Positions 20,981 to 36,373 of a stretch of DNA of 64,000 nucleotides are shown piece by piece. This DNA comes from the human T2T-CHM13v2.0 reference genome, Homo sapiens. The number at the start of each line of letters is the position of its first letter. The first letter of the stretch is position 1. Under the pieces are notes generated by a model, which made no database searches, was not told the origin of the DNA, and worked only from the letters and a program-made list of their open reading frames with translations. Made by a program: the position numbers and the translations under genes. Location: NCBI RefSeq assembly GCF_009914755.1, contig NC_060940.1, one strand, 5' to 3'.

Positions 20981-21358
20981 GTGAGGGGGCGGTGGCGCTG
21001 TGCCGGCTGTGACGTCACCTCGCCCGCGGTGGGGCGGGTGGAGCCTTTCGTAGGCTCGCGACTGCGTCAGGGGAGGGCCGTGTGGTCATGTGACCAGGGG
21101 CTCCGCTCTACGATCCTGGGGTTGCTTCCTTTCCCAGAGTTGGGGTTTTGCTTTTCTGTCACCTCGGCTTCCGTCGTTTTTTGTCCCTGTACCCTCTTGC
21201 GTTGCTCCTCGCATTGCCTGTTGGAGCGCAGCAGAGGTGTGTGGCTACGGGAACGTTACTTAAAATGGATCTTTTCGATCATGCGTTCCACAGATCTTGA
21301 GCATCTACTGTATGTCAGACACTAAAACGCTAGGAAGTATAAAGAAAGTTTTAAAATG

Positions 21359-22160
<802 letters not shown>

Positions 22161-24099
22161 CGCGCTCCCGGCCCCTCGCCCGTGTTCTTAATGGGAGAGG
22201 TGTTGATTTGATGTTTCACTGACTGTTGAACCCCAAACCACCCAGGTTGTCTCCTCAGGCATTCATTCCACAAGTATTTATCAAAGACACATTAGACTGT
22301 TCTTGGCCTGATTAGACTTACTGACTATAGTGAGGCAGTTCTGGTCTAGGAGTATAGCTGTGAATAAAAACATCGTCCTGCCCTGGAGCTCAATTTTAGA
22401 AACAAGAAAAGTTAAAAAGATAATTTCAGATAGTTCTGTAAAGACAATTAGCAGTGGATGGCCTGGTGCAGAGGCTCACGCCTGTAATGCCAGTACTTTG
22501 GGAGGCCGAGGCGGGAGGATCACTTGAGATTGGGAGTTCAAGACCAGCCTGACCAACATGGTGAAACCCCATCTTTACTAAAAGTAGAAAAATTAGTTGG
22601 GTGTCATGGTGCACACCTGTAATCCCAGATACTCGGGAGGCTGAGGCAGGAGAATCATTTGAATCTGGGAGGCAGAGGCTGCAGGAGGCTGCAGTGAGCA
22701 GAAATCCCACTACTACACTCTAATGTGGGTGACCCAGCAAGATTCCGTCTAAAAAAAAGGAAAAAAACAATTAGCAGTGGAGAGTGGGGAAGTAACTTTT
22801 GGTTGGGTGGTCAGGATAAGTCTGAGGAGAAACCATCTAAGCTAACACCAGAATTGCAAGAAGTCACTGGAGAGAACATGTGCAGGAAGAACCTTCTAGG
22901 CAGTTGTAACTGCAGGCACAATGGTCCTTCTCTAGAGATTATTTAAGAGACTAGTGTAGTTGGAGCTCAGAAAACCAAGGAGAGGGAAGCAGGGGCCACG
23001 CAACACGGGGCCTTGTAGACCATGGTGAAGGCTTTAGATGGTCCAGTAACTACACAAAGAAACAAATCCGACTCCTGTTTCATGATCCTGATTCTGTTCC
23101 TACGACCTTAATTCAGTTATTTTTCTATTTCTAAGTGACTCCTAATCCTTCCTCTTTATCTTTGTCTTACTATCATTTTCAGTATATTGTTAAAATACAG
23201 TCAACTATTTCTTTTCAGAAGTGGACAAGGATAATTTTTCAGTGTTCAACAAATAAGTCACAGCCAGGACTCTTGTAGGAAGATACTTCTTTGTCCCTGG
23301 AATTCCCACAGTTGTGAAGGAAACAGATGACTGACAGGCTTGTCTTAAACACAGATGCCAAGGTCTGTGTGTGCCTTCCTAGAAGACACACTGTTAAGGG
23401 ACATTAAAGTATGCAGGTGGTACCCTGCATTGTATAAAAATCATGTTTGCAGACCACGCGCGGTGGCTCACACCTGTAATCCCAGCACTTCAGGAGGCCG
23501 AGGAGGGCAGATCACTTGAGGTCAGGAGTTCGAGACCAGCCTGGGCAACATGGTGAAACCATGTCTCTACTAAAGATACAAAAATTAGCCAGGCATGGTG
23601 GTGCACGCCTGCAGTCCTAGCTACCTGGGAGGCTGAGGCAGGAGAATCACTTGAACCAGGCAGGGGAGGTTGCAGTGAGCCGAGGTTGCACCACTGCACT
23701 CCAGCCCGGGCGACAGAGTGAGACTCTATCTCAAATGAAAAAAATAAATAAATATCATGTTTGCTTGCTTTTTTGTTCTGTATTTGAAGAGAGAGAGAGA
23801 GATGCTCACTGGTGTCCCCAAATAAAGTAGCAGACGTGAGATCAGCTGTCACCATTGGCTCACAACTTCTGCCAAAGGAAAATGATAAAAGAGCTCAGAA
23901 TCTTCCTTCCTTATTCCTGCAGCCGCTAGGTCATTCTTCTGGAGATTATATCCCTTGCCTATTGATAAGGGAGGCACACCAGATTTGGGGCTCAGGACCT
24001 TATAGACAATTAAGGAATCTCACCCTCAGGCATGGGCAGGAGAAGTGAGGGAGGAAAGAGCTCTTTGTTCACAGGCGGTGCATTAAAGGACTAAGAGAC

Positions 24100-25050
24100 A
24101 GCAATCCACTGCACCACTAGCTCTTAGCATGTCCTGTGGAGTCACAGATCCAGCTGTTTATTCGGTATCTCCATTTGGACTCTCATCTTTATCTTAATAT
24201 TAACAGATTCAGAACAGAATTACAGAATTCTTGAGCTTTCTCCTGCCTCTCTCGCAGTCTTGGCCGTCTCAGCTAATAGTAACTTTGTCTTTTAGTTCCC
24301 TGGTAAAAACCTTGGTTTCATCTTTGGTTCTTTTCTTGATCTAACACCCCACATGTAATCCATCTGGAAACCCCGTGAGTTCCCTCTTAAAAGTGTATCC
24401 AGAACCTGACCTCTTCCCCTGCCTCACTAACCTCCAACCTCTGCCCTCGCCTCCTTACACTGCGTTCTCAGTACAGTAGCGAGATTGATCCTGGTAGAAA
24501 AGCTAAACAAGAGCATGTCCTGCCTGTGCTCAGCACCTTGCAGAGTGAAAACAGCAGTGATCCCCGCAGTGCCTTTCAAGGCCCTCCATGATGACTGACC
24601 TCACCTCCTTCTCTATGCCTCCTTCCTGTCTCTGCTGTCCCCTGACTGGAGGCCACCCTTCCCTGTTCCTCGAAGGCCCCAAGCAGGCTCTTGCCTCAGG
24701 ACTTTTGCACATGCTGTTCCTTCTGCCTGGAAAGCTCTTCCACCACATGACTCCTTCTCCTACAAGGATTGCCCCCAAGTCATGTTCTCTATGATGCCTA
24801 CTCTCTCCAGCACTCCCACGCTCAACTCAGCCTGCCAAAATTATTCCATTTTCTCCGGCACTCCTCACTTTTAACATAGTTTGTGATTTCCCTGTTGTTT
24901 CTCTCTCCCCACTAGAATGGATGTGCCATACTGGAACAGATGTTTGTCTTTTTGGCCAAAGACATATGTATCCCCAGTGCCTAGAAAAGGGCCTGGCATG
25001 CACAGATCCTCAGTAAGGGGTTACATGAATCAGTAAATGAATGAATGATT
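24100..25050 (+). mobile_element. L2 3' fragment (other L2 pieces at ~60-700, ~22260-23050, ~29720-30550, ~54050-54660)
   Basis: ccccagtgcctagaaaagggcctggcatg...tgaatgaatga L2 tail; cagggcctttgcacatgctgttcc-like core. Confidence 0.65.
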
Positions 25051-25474
25051 TATATATCATCACCATCAAAACATCAAAATACTCTAGCCAGAAAAGGAGA
25101 GATAGCACTAATTTTTAAACTCTAAAACATTTAAATATACATTAAGGAGAAAATAATTAAATGCTCATGCTAAAACACTGCAAAATAGCTGAAAAAGTGT
25201 AAACATTTAGGTGTTGGACCTACAAATCAAAATCCCAGCTAAATATGATGCTGATGGCCAGGCGCAGTAGCTCACGCCTGTAATCCCAGCACTTTGGCAG
25301 GTTGAGGCGGGTGGATTGCTTGAGCCTAAGAGTTCAAGACCAACGTGGGCAATCTAGTGAGACCCTGTCTCTATTTTTCATATGTGTATGTGTATGTGTA
25401 AATAAAGACAGACAAGTATTGTATTTGGTTAATACTTTGTTGTGCTGTTTTTGTTTTGTAAAAGTGCCAAAGAG

Positions 25475-25645
25475 ATGGATGAGACTGTTGCTGAGTTCAT
25501 CAAGAGGACCATCTTGAAAATCCCCATGAATGAACTGACAACAATCCTGAAGGCCTGGGATTTTTTGTCTGAAAATCAACTGCAGACTGTAAATTTCCGA
25601 CAGAGAAAGGAATCTGTAGTTCAGCACTTGATCCATCTGTGTGAG
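25475..25645 (+). CDS. CENPN: Centromere protein N, exon 2, aa 1-57 (CENP-A nucleosome-binding N-terminus)
   Basis: MDETVAEFIKRTILKIPMNELTTILKAWDFL...HLCE; acceptor ag| at 25464; donor GAG|gtaaca. Confidence 0.98.
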
Positions 25646-27113
25646 GTAACAGTGTTAAAAATGATGAGCCTTGAACAGAGTGCTACCCCCTTGGGTTTTT
25701 CTTTCTTCTATTCCTTACTCCAAAAGAGATGTAAGGTAGCTGCTAAACTACTAGTGAAGTGATGAGGGCTATATACAACTGCAGTGGAAAAAAACCTAAT
25801 TTTTAATTGACCTTTTCATCTTAAAAGAATGCTTAAAAATCAATAAGATGGAAAAAGTAAATATAGTAGAAAAAACAGTACAAATTAAAATAACGAGCAG
25901 TATTTTTCGCAGTATTTTTTTAAACCTATCAAATTATCAAGGATGAAAAGACAACAACACCCAGATGTATTGGCAAACTTGTAAGGAAAGAGACTCTGTC
26001 TTTCATGTGTATTTATCTCTTTAATTGCTTGTTGTTTTAAAATGTTTTCAGACTATCAGAAAAGTTGCAAATTTAGTTCAAATAATTTTCTTATTCCAAT
26101 ATACCCGTCTCTCCTTCACTTTTATTTATTTATTTTTTATTTATTTTTGAGACAGAGTCTTGCTCTGTCATCCATGCTGGAGTGCAGTGGCACAAACTCA
26201 GCTTACTGCAACCTCTGCCTCCCAGGTTCTAGCGATTCTAGTGCCTCAGCCTGCTGAGTAGCTGCGACTACAGGCACGCACCACCACACTGGCTAATTTT
26301 TGTATTTTCAGTAGAGACGAGGTTTTGCCATGTTGGCCAGGTTGGTGTCAAACTCCTGACCTCAGGTGATCTGCTCACTTTGGCCTCCCAAAGTGCTGGG
26401 ATTACAGGTGTGAGCCACCATGCCTGGCCTCCTTTGCTTTTAAATAAATATACTTTTTGACCTAGCAATTCTACTTACAGAAATTTATGATGAGAAAATA
26501 ATAAAAAATAGGAGGTATGTATAAATATTGATAAATATTTAGTTATATAAATCAAGATGCATTGTAGCATTGTTTTAAAAACAAAACACGTTCACATAAA
26601 GACGTGTGTACTAATGTTCACAGCAACATTATTCATAAAAGCCACAAACTGGAAACAACCCAAATGTCCATCAGCAGGTAAACAGATGAACAGATTGTGA
26701 TGTTTCCATACAGTGGATATACTCAGCAGTAAAAAGGAATGAAGTATTCATAGATGCTAACATATGGATGGATATCAAAATAATTGTGCTGAGTAAAAGC
26801 CAGACCAAAAAAATGAGTACACACTTATGTTAACATTCATATAAACCTCTAGAAAATGCAAACAAATCTGTAATGACAGAAAGCAGATCAGCGTTTGCCT
26901 TAGGACTAAGGCTTGGGAGGTAGAGACATGGGAACCAAGAAGAGTGGAAGGAAGTGGGCGGTGATAAGAAAGGGACACAAGACTGGACTCAGTGGCTCCT
27001 GCCTGGAATCCCAGCACTTTGGAAGGCCAAGGCAGGCAGATCATTTGGGTTAGGAGACCAGCCTGGCCAACATGGTGAAACCCCTTCCCTACTAAAAATA
27101 CAAAAATCAGCTA

Positions 27114-27308
<195 letters not shown>

Positions 27309-27670
27309 TCACTGTCTTGATTGTGGTAGTGGTTTTGTGTGTATATTCATAAGTCAAAATGTATCAAATTGTATACTTTAAAAATATACAGTTTAATGGA
27401 TGATAATTATACTTCAATAAAGTTAATTTTTAAAAAATCAAAAAGTTAAAAGTGATAAATGAGGAATAAATTGTGAGAGAAGGTTGTGGACTAAGACATG
27501 AATCAGAAAGAATGTCCATTGGTTAACAGGAGAAGAGATTGGAGATGGGTTGTCAGTAAAGTACTGAGAATGTGCTAATAGTCTGTTCTAACCAATCCTA
27601 AAATGTGTTTTAAACGGGATAGAACCAAACCTATAACCACAGTTACTAAATAATTTGTTTTCTCTTTTAG

Positions 27671-27716
27671 GAAAAGCGTGCAAGTATCAGTGATGCTGCC
27701 CTGTTAGACATCATTT
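27671..27716 (+). CDS. CENPN: CENPN exon 3 (EKRASISDAALLDII)
   Basis: ttttag| ... |gtaagt, 46 nt, frame continuous with neighbouring exons. Confidence 0.96.
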
Positions 27717-28084
27717 GTAAGTGTCAGTGATTTGTATTTATACTTAACCAATCAGTTTATTAGAGGCAATTTTGTTTCTTTCTTTGTGAGACAGGGTCTC
27801 CCTCTGTCGCCCAGGCTGGAGTGCAGTAACGCCATCTCAGCTCACCGCGACCTCTGCCTCCTGGATTCAAGTGATTCTCCAACCTCAGCCTCCCGAGTAG
27901 CTGGGACTATAGCAGTGCACCACCATGTATGGCTAATTTTTTGTATTTTTTGCCACAAGGTTTTGCCGTGTTGCCCAGGCTGGTCTCCAGCTCCTGGGCT
28001 AAAGTGTTCCTCCTACCAAAGTGCTGGGATTATAGGTGTGAACCGCTGTACTTGTCCCAGAAGCAATTTTGTATATAACGCCTC

Positions 28085-29045
28085 AGAGTCTAGAGTTCAG
28101 GAGACCTTGTTTCAAATCCCAGTATGTCACTCAGCCGTATGTTCTTTGACAAGTTGCATCACCTTTCTGAGCCTCAGACTTCAAGCAGAGATAATAGTAC
28201 ATTATCTACTTCACGGTATTCTTGTTAGGATTAAATGAGGTAGTGCCCGAGAAGCTGTTAGCATGGTAACTGGCACATCAGAAACACAAAGTAAATGTTT
28301 GGCTTTGTATTACTCAGGTTGCCAACTTACAACAGCTCAACTTAAAAATTTTCAACTAGTATGAAAGCAGCAGACATTCAACAGAAACCATACTTTGAGT
28401 TCCTATACAACCATTCTTTTCTCACTTTCAGTACAGCATTTAGTAAGTTACATGAGGTATGCAACAGTTTATGATAGAAGACTCTGTTGGATGCTTTTGC
28501 TCAACTGTAGGCTAATGTAAGTGCTCTGAGCACACATAAGGTAGGCTGGGCTAAGCTAAGATATATGAAGGTTAGGTGAATTATTTTCACCTCAAGGTGG
28601 ATTTATCAGGCATAGCCCCATCATAAGTCAAGAAGCATCTGTATTATTATTAAAGGATTTGAAAATATCTTTCTGAAAATTTGTTCCTATTACAGTGTAG
28701 CTTCTCACCTCTCCTCCCTTCCATTTCATTGATTTTTGTCTAGCTTTCCTGTCTGTACTTTTTCAAGATGTCTGTTTTTTTTATCAGAAGGCAGCATAAT
28801 ATAGGGGCTGAGAACACAGGCCCTGGGGCCAGACCTCTTGGGTTCATTTCATGGCTCCGTTACTGCCTCCCTGTGAGCCCTGGAGGAAGTTGGTTAACAT
28901 CTCTGTGGCATACCGACATCTCTGGTATTATCATTTGACCAATCTGTATAATAGTGATAATATCACATAAGGTTATGGTGAGGATTAAATAAGAGTACAT
29001 GTTAAATACTTAAAGCCTGGTATTAACTAATTGCAATCATTATGT
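28085..29045 (+). mobile_element. MIR elements (~28085-28300 and ~28790-29045) flanking the Tigger
   Basis: ttcaaatcccag...ctttgacaagtt...ttctgagcctcag; gtgaggattaaat. Confidence 0.65.
28313..28641 (-). mobile_element. Tigger7-like Tc1/mariner DNA transposon
   Basis: Reverse complement starts CAGATGCT...GACTTATGATGGGG; internal gcttagcccagcctacctt...gctcagagcacttacattagcctacag; TA at 28642-28643. Confidence 0.8.
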
Positions 29046-29379
29046 ATTAGCTGTTTTCTGTAAGTGTAACAAAAATTATCTTTATTAATACTTTGCTCCA
29101 ACTCATGGCATGCTCCAATTCAGCTATTGCTGAATTTGGAGCATCTGCCTCTGATTTAGTTTGTCTCATTTTCAGTGGTTGGATTCTCTCAAGCATAAAA
29201 GGTGGATCCACACCATTCCCATTTCTCATACATTGATTCAAAAATTCATTAAGCACCTGGCTGGACGCAGTGGCTCACACCTGTAATCCCAGCACTTTGG
29301 GAGACCAAGGCAGGTGGATCACCTGAGGTCAGGAGTTGGAGACCAGCCTGGCCACTATGGTGAAACCCCATCTCTACTA

Positions 29380-29598
<219 letters not shown>

Positions 29599-30151
29599 TC
29601 AGTGCAGAGACAATTTTAAGCCAGAAGGATGAAGGGATATGGTTGAACTTGCTAACTTCCTAGGTCCATTTCTACTCCAAGACACTCCAAGTTTGTAACT
29701 CCTGAAAGGTGTTTTCTGTCATATACTTATTCATTCATTCGTTCATCAAACATATACTGAAGCCTGGTGTGGTGGTGTGGGACACTTGGGAGGCTGAGGC
29801 AGGAGGATTGCTTGAGCCCGCGAGTTCAAGTCTAGCCCAGTTAACATAGTGAGACCCTGTCTCTTAGAAAAACAAAACAAATATTGAGTGCTTGCTTTAT
29901 GCCACGCAGTTAAGTTTAGACCTGGGACTACAACAGTGAACAGGTCCCTCATTTCCATCAGAGTCTAACTGGAAAGACAGGCAGTGTACAAATGAACATC
30001 TAAATAAATAATGTGGCTGGGCACGATGGCTCACGCCTGTAATCCCAGCACTTTGGGAGGCCAAGGTAGGTGGATCACCCGAGGTCAGGAGTTCGACACT
30101 AACCTGGCCAACATGGTGAAACCTCATGTCTACTAAAAATACAAAAAATTA

Positions 30152-30295
<144 letters not shown>

Positions 30296-30861
30296 TCAAA
30301 AAATAATAATAATAAATACACACATACATACATACATACATAATGTGACATCAGGTAGTGATGAGTCCTCCGACAGGAACTGGGAACTAACGCAGGGTGT
30401 TTGGGGTAGGGTGATCCGGGCGGGGACTACTCTGAGTAGAGAGCAGAATGAGGTGGGGAGTAGGGTGTGTAAGGAGCTAGGAGAAGAGGCTCCAGGCAGA
30501 GGAACAGCTGGCTCAAATGTGGGTCCTGTGGGGCACAGCATTCCCTGTCGTGCCAGATTAATGTGGCATTCTGTGGAATGGAATAAATGGAATGTGGAAA
30601 TGGAATAAATGGGCTAACATAGAATAAATACCAAAACTCAACTGTATTATCTAAGTCAGTTGAATTAAGTAATTATGATTTGCTTTATTTATATGAAGTA
30701 ACTTTAATCCATATAAAGTTTATATTTTGAATACAAATCTGTATAACTCAATTTGTGAATTACTGTTACTTTCCCCAGTTTTAAAGTATAGAAATATCTA
30801 TAAGCATATTACTTCAAAGTTCTATGATATGCTAGTAATAAAGCTTTCTTCCCTCTCTCAG

Positions 30862-30921
30862 ATATGCAATTTCATCAGCACCAGAAAGTTTGGGATGTTT
30901 TTCAGATGAGTAAAGGACCAG
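30862..30921 (+). CDS. CENPN: CENPN exon 4 (YMQFHQHQKVWDVFQMSKGP)
   Basis: ctctcag| ... CAG|gtaata, 60 nt, phase 1-1. Confidence 0.96.
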
Positions 30922-31293
30922 GTAATATTTTCTGTTTACAATTGAATATTTGATAGTTTGGCTTGGACTCAGGAAGCAGAGGTTACAGCGAGCTGAGATT
31001 GCACCACTGCACTCCAGCCTGGGTAACAGAGCAAGACTCTATATCCAAAAAAAAAAAATAGCAGTATGTTCCTCATTTCTTTCAAAATGAGGTGATTATT
31101 TATTACTCACTTTTGGAAAATGAGAAACATACTTCTTGGTGCCATGTCAGAAGTACTAGCACCATTTGTGTGATTTGATCATTATTACTCTGGAATTATA
31201 CAAAATGCTTAGTTTCATGGTACTTTACGAATGTATTTACTGAAGACATTGTAGCTCTCTTGATTTTTCTTTATTTTTTTTTCACTTTGGCAG

Positions 31294-31370
31294 GTGAAGA
31301 TGTTGACCTTTTTGATATGAAACAATTTAAAAATTCGTTCAAGAAAATTCTTCAGAGAGCATTAAAAAAT
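31294..31370 (+). CDS. CENPN: CENPN exon 5 (GEDVDLFDMKQFKNSFKKILQRALKN)
   Basis: ggcag| ... |gtaaga, 77 nt. Confidence 0.96.
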
Positions 31371-31589
31371 GTAAGAATAAAATTCATCTTTTACATAAAA
31401 TTCAATGTCATGACGTCTGTGCACTTAAAATTTGCTACTATCATAGTTTTTTTTTAATTTGTAAGAAATTCAGTTAGTAATAGTTCATACGGTTCTACTC
31501 CATATCAGAAACACACTGTAAATATTATGAAAACTTCCCTTTCCTCTCTCCTGTCCATTCAGGGCCTGAGGCTTCTTTTTCCAGAGGAG

Positions 31590-32095
<506 letters not shown>

Positions 32096-33634
32096 CCTGA
32101 AGCACCCTTGATTTTACAGATGTTTTTGCTTTTTTAATGTAAAACAAAGAAGCTATTCAGAATAAGACAATCTTCCATTCAAGGCAGTAGAGGCCCACTG
32201 AGCATGTGACTGGGTCCAAGCTCTATGATGCTCACTCAGGAAAGTCAGACAGCTGTGTGCCGCCATACCCTGGACTGGGGAGACTTTCTTGTCTCCTGCA
32301 CTGAGGGAATTTGGAAAAGCTGCTAAAGAATGAGCAGAATTTGCTAGTGCCACTGTAACAACCCACTTTTCCTAGAACAAGATCTCAGAGGGAGGAAACA
32401 GAGACGTGGGCAAGCTGAGTGCATCTCACTCAAGTCCCTCCTTTCTAGGCTCAGAGCTTTAAAGGGAAGCTGAATCAGAGGGGAGCTGATAATCCAGGAG
32501 CAGCCTATTAAATTCCAGACCAATTGGCAACCATATTTAAAAGTTTGGAAAGGCCTGTATTTTATCCATGAAGTGGATTCAAGGTAGTACCTCTGGTCTT
32601 GCCATGTAACATTCTTTTAGAGGAGTTTTTAGCTTCTGAGCTAAATGCATAAGAGCATTAGGAATAGTATATTTTCAAGCCCATTATTACATAGAAATCT
32701 TCTTTAAGCCCATTATGACATAGAAATCTTCTTTTTCTTCTTCTTTTTGTTTTGTTTTTGTTTTTTTTTGGAAACGTGGTCTCACTCTGTTGCCCAGGCT
32801 GGAATGCACTGACATGATCTCGGCTCACTATAGTCTAGACCTCCCAGGCTCAAGCCATCCTCCCACCTCAGCCTCTTGAGTAGCTGGGACTATAGGCACA
32901 TGTCACCGTGCCTGGCTTTTTTTTTTTTTTCCGGTAGATACTGAGTTTCACTATGTTGTCCAGGTTGGTCTCAAAACTCCTGGGCTCAAGCGATCCTCCT
33001 ACCTCAGCCTCCCAAAGTGCTAGGATTACAGGCATAAGCCACAACACCCAGCCTAATTACATAGAAATCTTACTGTTAAAGTTTATAGCGTGTGCTAGGT
33101 CTGGGTTAGATGCTAAGAAGGCTTCATTATAAAACAAGTATCTCATTTGTAAGGCTGCCTTACCTCATAAATTCTTACGTAAGGAGGAACAGTTTTCAGG
33201 ACAAGCCCAAGAAATTATTGAAAAAACAATCACCTCTACAAAAAAAAACTTTTTTAAAAAAATTAGCCAGGCATGATGGCACGTGCCTGTGGTCTCAGCT
33301 ACTAGGGAGGCTGAGATGGGATTGCTTGAGCCCAGGAAGTTGAGGCTGCCGTGAGCAGGCTATGATCATGCCACAGCACTCCAGCCTGAGCAACTGAGCA
33401 AGACCTAGTCTCAAAAAAAAAAAAAGAACTGAAAAGGATTTTTTTTTTTTAAAATCACAAAATGTTTTCCCAAAGATTCTCAAAATACTCATGAAAAGCA
33501 GAAAAGACTGCCAGGTCTCAACCTGCATACAAGAGTATAGGGACATCATTGTTCACCCCTAATAAGCACCTGGAGTTGGTGCCACAGTGAAATTTTAATT
33601 AGGAAATTAAGCCTTTTTTTTTTTCTTTAATAAG

Positions 33635-33811
33635 GTGACAGTCAGCTTCAGAGAAACTGAGGAGAATGCAGTCTGGATTCGAATTGCCTGGGGAACACAG
33701 TACACAAAGCCAAACCAGTACAAACCTACCTACGTGGTGTACTACTCCCAGACTCCGTACGCCTTCACGTCCTCCTCCATGCTGAGGCGCAATACACCGC
33801 TTCTGGGTCAG
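33635..33811 (+). CDS. CENPN: CENPN exon 6 (VTVSFRETEENAVWIRIAWG...PLLGQ), aa 119-177
   Basis: Polypyrimidine tract plus taag|; donor CAG|gtatgg; 177 nt. Confidence 0.97.
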
Positions 33812-34329
33812 GTATGGAAAAAATTATTACAAGCTATAATATTTTATTATCCTATCTCAAAGGTCTATATAGATTTTAACTGTTGAATAAGTATTTGATA
33901 GAGAATACTAGGCCAGGTGCAGTGGCATGTACCTGTGGTCCCAGCTACTTGGGAGGCTGAAGTGGGAGGATTGCTCGTGCCCACGAGTCCAAGGCTGCCG
34001 TGAGCTGCGATCACAAGACAAAGCAACACCCCACCTCTAAAAAAACAAAAAAAAGATATAGAATACCACATGTAATTCTTGTTCTCCTAAAATAAGAAAC
34101 AGAGTGTTGTTATCTGCAGATGGGAACATGGCATAAGATATTAGATTGGAGCTATATTTTATTGTTTTTTGATCTAGAAATAATGCATACTTAATATAAA
34201 AAAATGCAACCGATACAGAAGTCTCTAAAGATAAAAAGTCTTCAAAGCTTCATACCCCTTTTCCCTATTCCGTTCGTTCAAAATAACTACTGTCAAAGTT
34301 TGCTATTTCCTTTGACAAGATGGTTATTA

Positions 34330-34692
<363 letters not shown>

Positions 34693-35245
34693 TCATAATT
34701 GTATAATTTGCTTATTAATGAACATTATTTTCATTTGTAACCATTTCTCCCACATTCCATACACAAGGAGACTGCTTTCACATAAGATGTAGCCTCTGTT
34801 CCGAGCCTGCTTCTCTTTATGGTTCTGCCTTTAATATCACAGGCTTCCTAGCATCTTTCCCCAAAGTTAGTTCTCCCTAAATTGGCCTGGCACTTGCTGC
34901 TACCACTGTTAGCATTCACAACCTCAGTGGCACCTTCAATTGGTTCCAGAGCTGCCACATCAGCTGGTTGTAGGCGAGCAGCTCCACCATCCTGGCTGCA
35001 TCATGTCCTGTCACTCCACAGCAGAGTGGGGTGGAGGTGCGGTGTGGAGTACCAAGGACTCCACTGTTGTGACCAGGCGAGCCCTAGGTAGTAAATGACT
35101 ACTTGCTTGTCATTTAAGTTTTTTGGTGGTTTATTGAAATGGCAAAGACTGCTACTCACTTCTATTTCCTTAAAACACTTCTTTACATTTGGGGTCTCCT
35201 GCTCCATGATACATAGTGGTCTTTCATCCACTTATAGCCAGGTGA

Positions 35246-35530
<285 letters not shown>

Positions 35531-36131
35531 TGATCCACCTGCCTTGGCCTGCCAAAGCGCTGGGATTACAGCCGTGAGCCACTGCGCGGACTAATGTTCA
35601 TTTCTATTGTGTATCTTAAGGCAAACTTGTCTGTTCTCTAGATCAGGTTAAACATCTTATCCTATCATAGTAATTCTGTTTCAGTCTTCTTTTCCCCTAA
35701 TGACAGGAAACTCTTATGAGCTGTATTCAATACACACTTATTTCTTCAGTATTTGCCAAAAAGCATACATATCTGCATTTTTGTATGGCAATATCATTAT
35801 GGTATTAAATGACTGATATTCAAAAACAGTAACATTTTGAGTATTTATTGTTTATTCCAAAGTCTGAACTTGATTTATTAGTAACTCCTAACTTTAAACA
35901 GGATCGCTTTTCTAAGAAATGATACAAAAGACTGCATTTATCAGAGTATTAATGCCATTAACCACTTTGTTTTTGAAGCTCAGTAACAGGCTATCAGATG
36001 TTTTTCTAGACTTCTTTTTACACTTACGGGGAAACTATTCCCTAATTGCAGCTCTTACATTTTACTTTGACAAGTATTATAAACACAGAGGCAGTAATCC
36101 TAGTAATAGTCTTGCAAATTTTCATTTCAAG

Positions 36132-36233
36132 GCGCTGACAATTGCTAGCAAACACCATCAGATTGTGAAAATGGACCTGAGAAGTCGGTATCTGGACTCT
36201 CTTAAGGCTATTGTTTTTAAACAGTATAATCAG
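36132..36233 (+). CDS. CENPN: CENPN exon 7 (ALTIASKHHQ...KQYNQ), aa 178-211
   Basis: ttcaag| ... CAG|gtgagc, 102 nt, phase 0-0. Confidence 0.96.
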
Positions 36234-36289
36234 GTGAGCCAATCAGTGACTCTCTTTAAAGGTAAATCTTTATTTTCTCTTTGACACAG

Positions 36290-36373
36290 GAGTTAGAAGC
36301 TACTGGGAAAATCTACCTCCGACAAGAGGAGATCATTTTAGATATTACCGAAATGAAGAAAGCTTGCAATTAG
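36290..36373 (+). CDS. CENPN: CENPN alternative last exon (ELEATGKIYLRQEEIILDITEMKKACN*), giving a 204-aa isoform when spliced from exon 6
   Basis: Acceptor ttttctctttgacacag|; open phase-0 frame to TAG; AATAAA at 36389-36394; 177+27=204 aa agrees with my recollection of a short CENP-N isoform. Confidence 0.85.
   Translation, partial: ELEATGKIYLRQEEIILDITEMKKACN

Larger units (their letters stand above)
19950..21250. promoter_or_regulatory. CpG-island bidirectional promoter shared by CMC2 (-) and CENPN (+)
   Basis: High GC and CpG density; divergent first exons ~330 bp apart. Motifs: NRF1 palindrome GCGCATGCGC 20449-20458, GC boxes ~20420, E2F-like GGCGGGAA 20730-20737, ATTGG (NF-Y) 20743-20747 and 20931-20935, CHR TTTGAA 20752-20757, full CRE TGACGTCA 21010-21017. 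Confidence 0.9.

Noticed and set aside
19903-21325. Overlapping 70-266 aa ORFs on both strands at the CMC2/CENPN promoter
   Set aside because: Expected stop-codon depletion in a CpG island; Arg/Pro/Gly/Ala-rich with no recognisable domain.
27732-28238. 168-aa ORF and the many similar LSPRLECSG / SAGITG / [11 protein letters not shown] ORFs across the window
   Set aside because: Alu-derived reading frames with no sign of being genes.
30572-30612. Short GGAAT/TGGAA-rich cluster resembling satellite III
   Set aside because: Only ~40 bp and irregular; best treated as low-complexity sequence.
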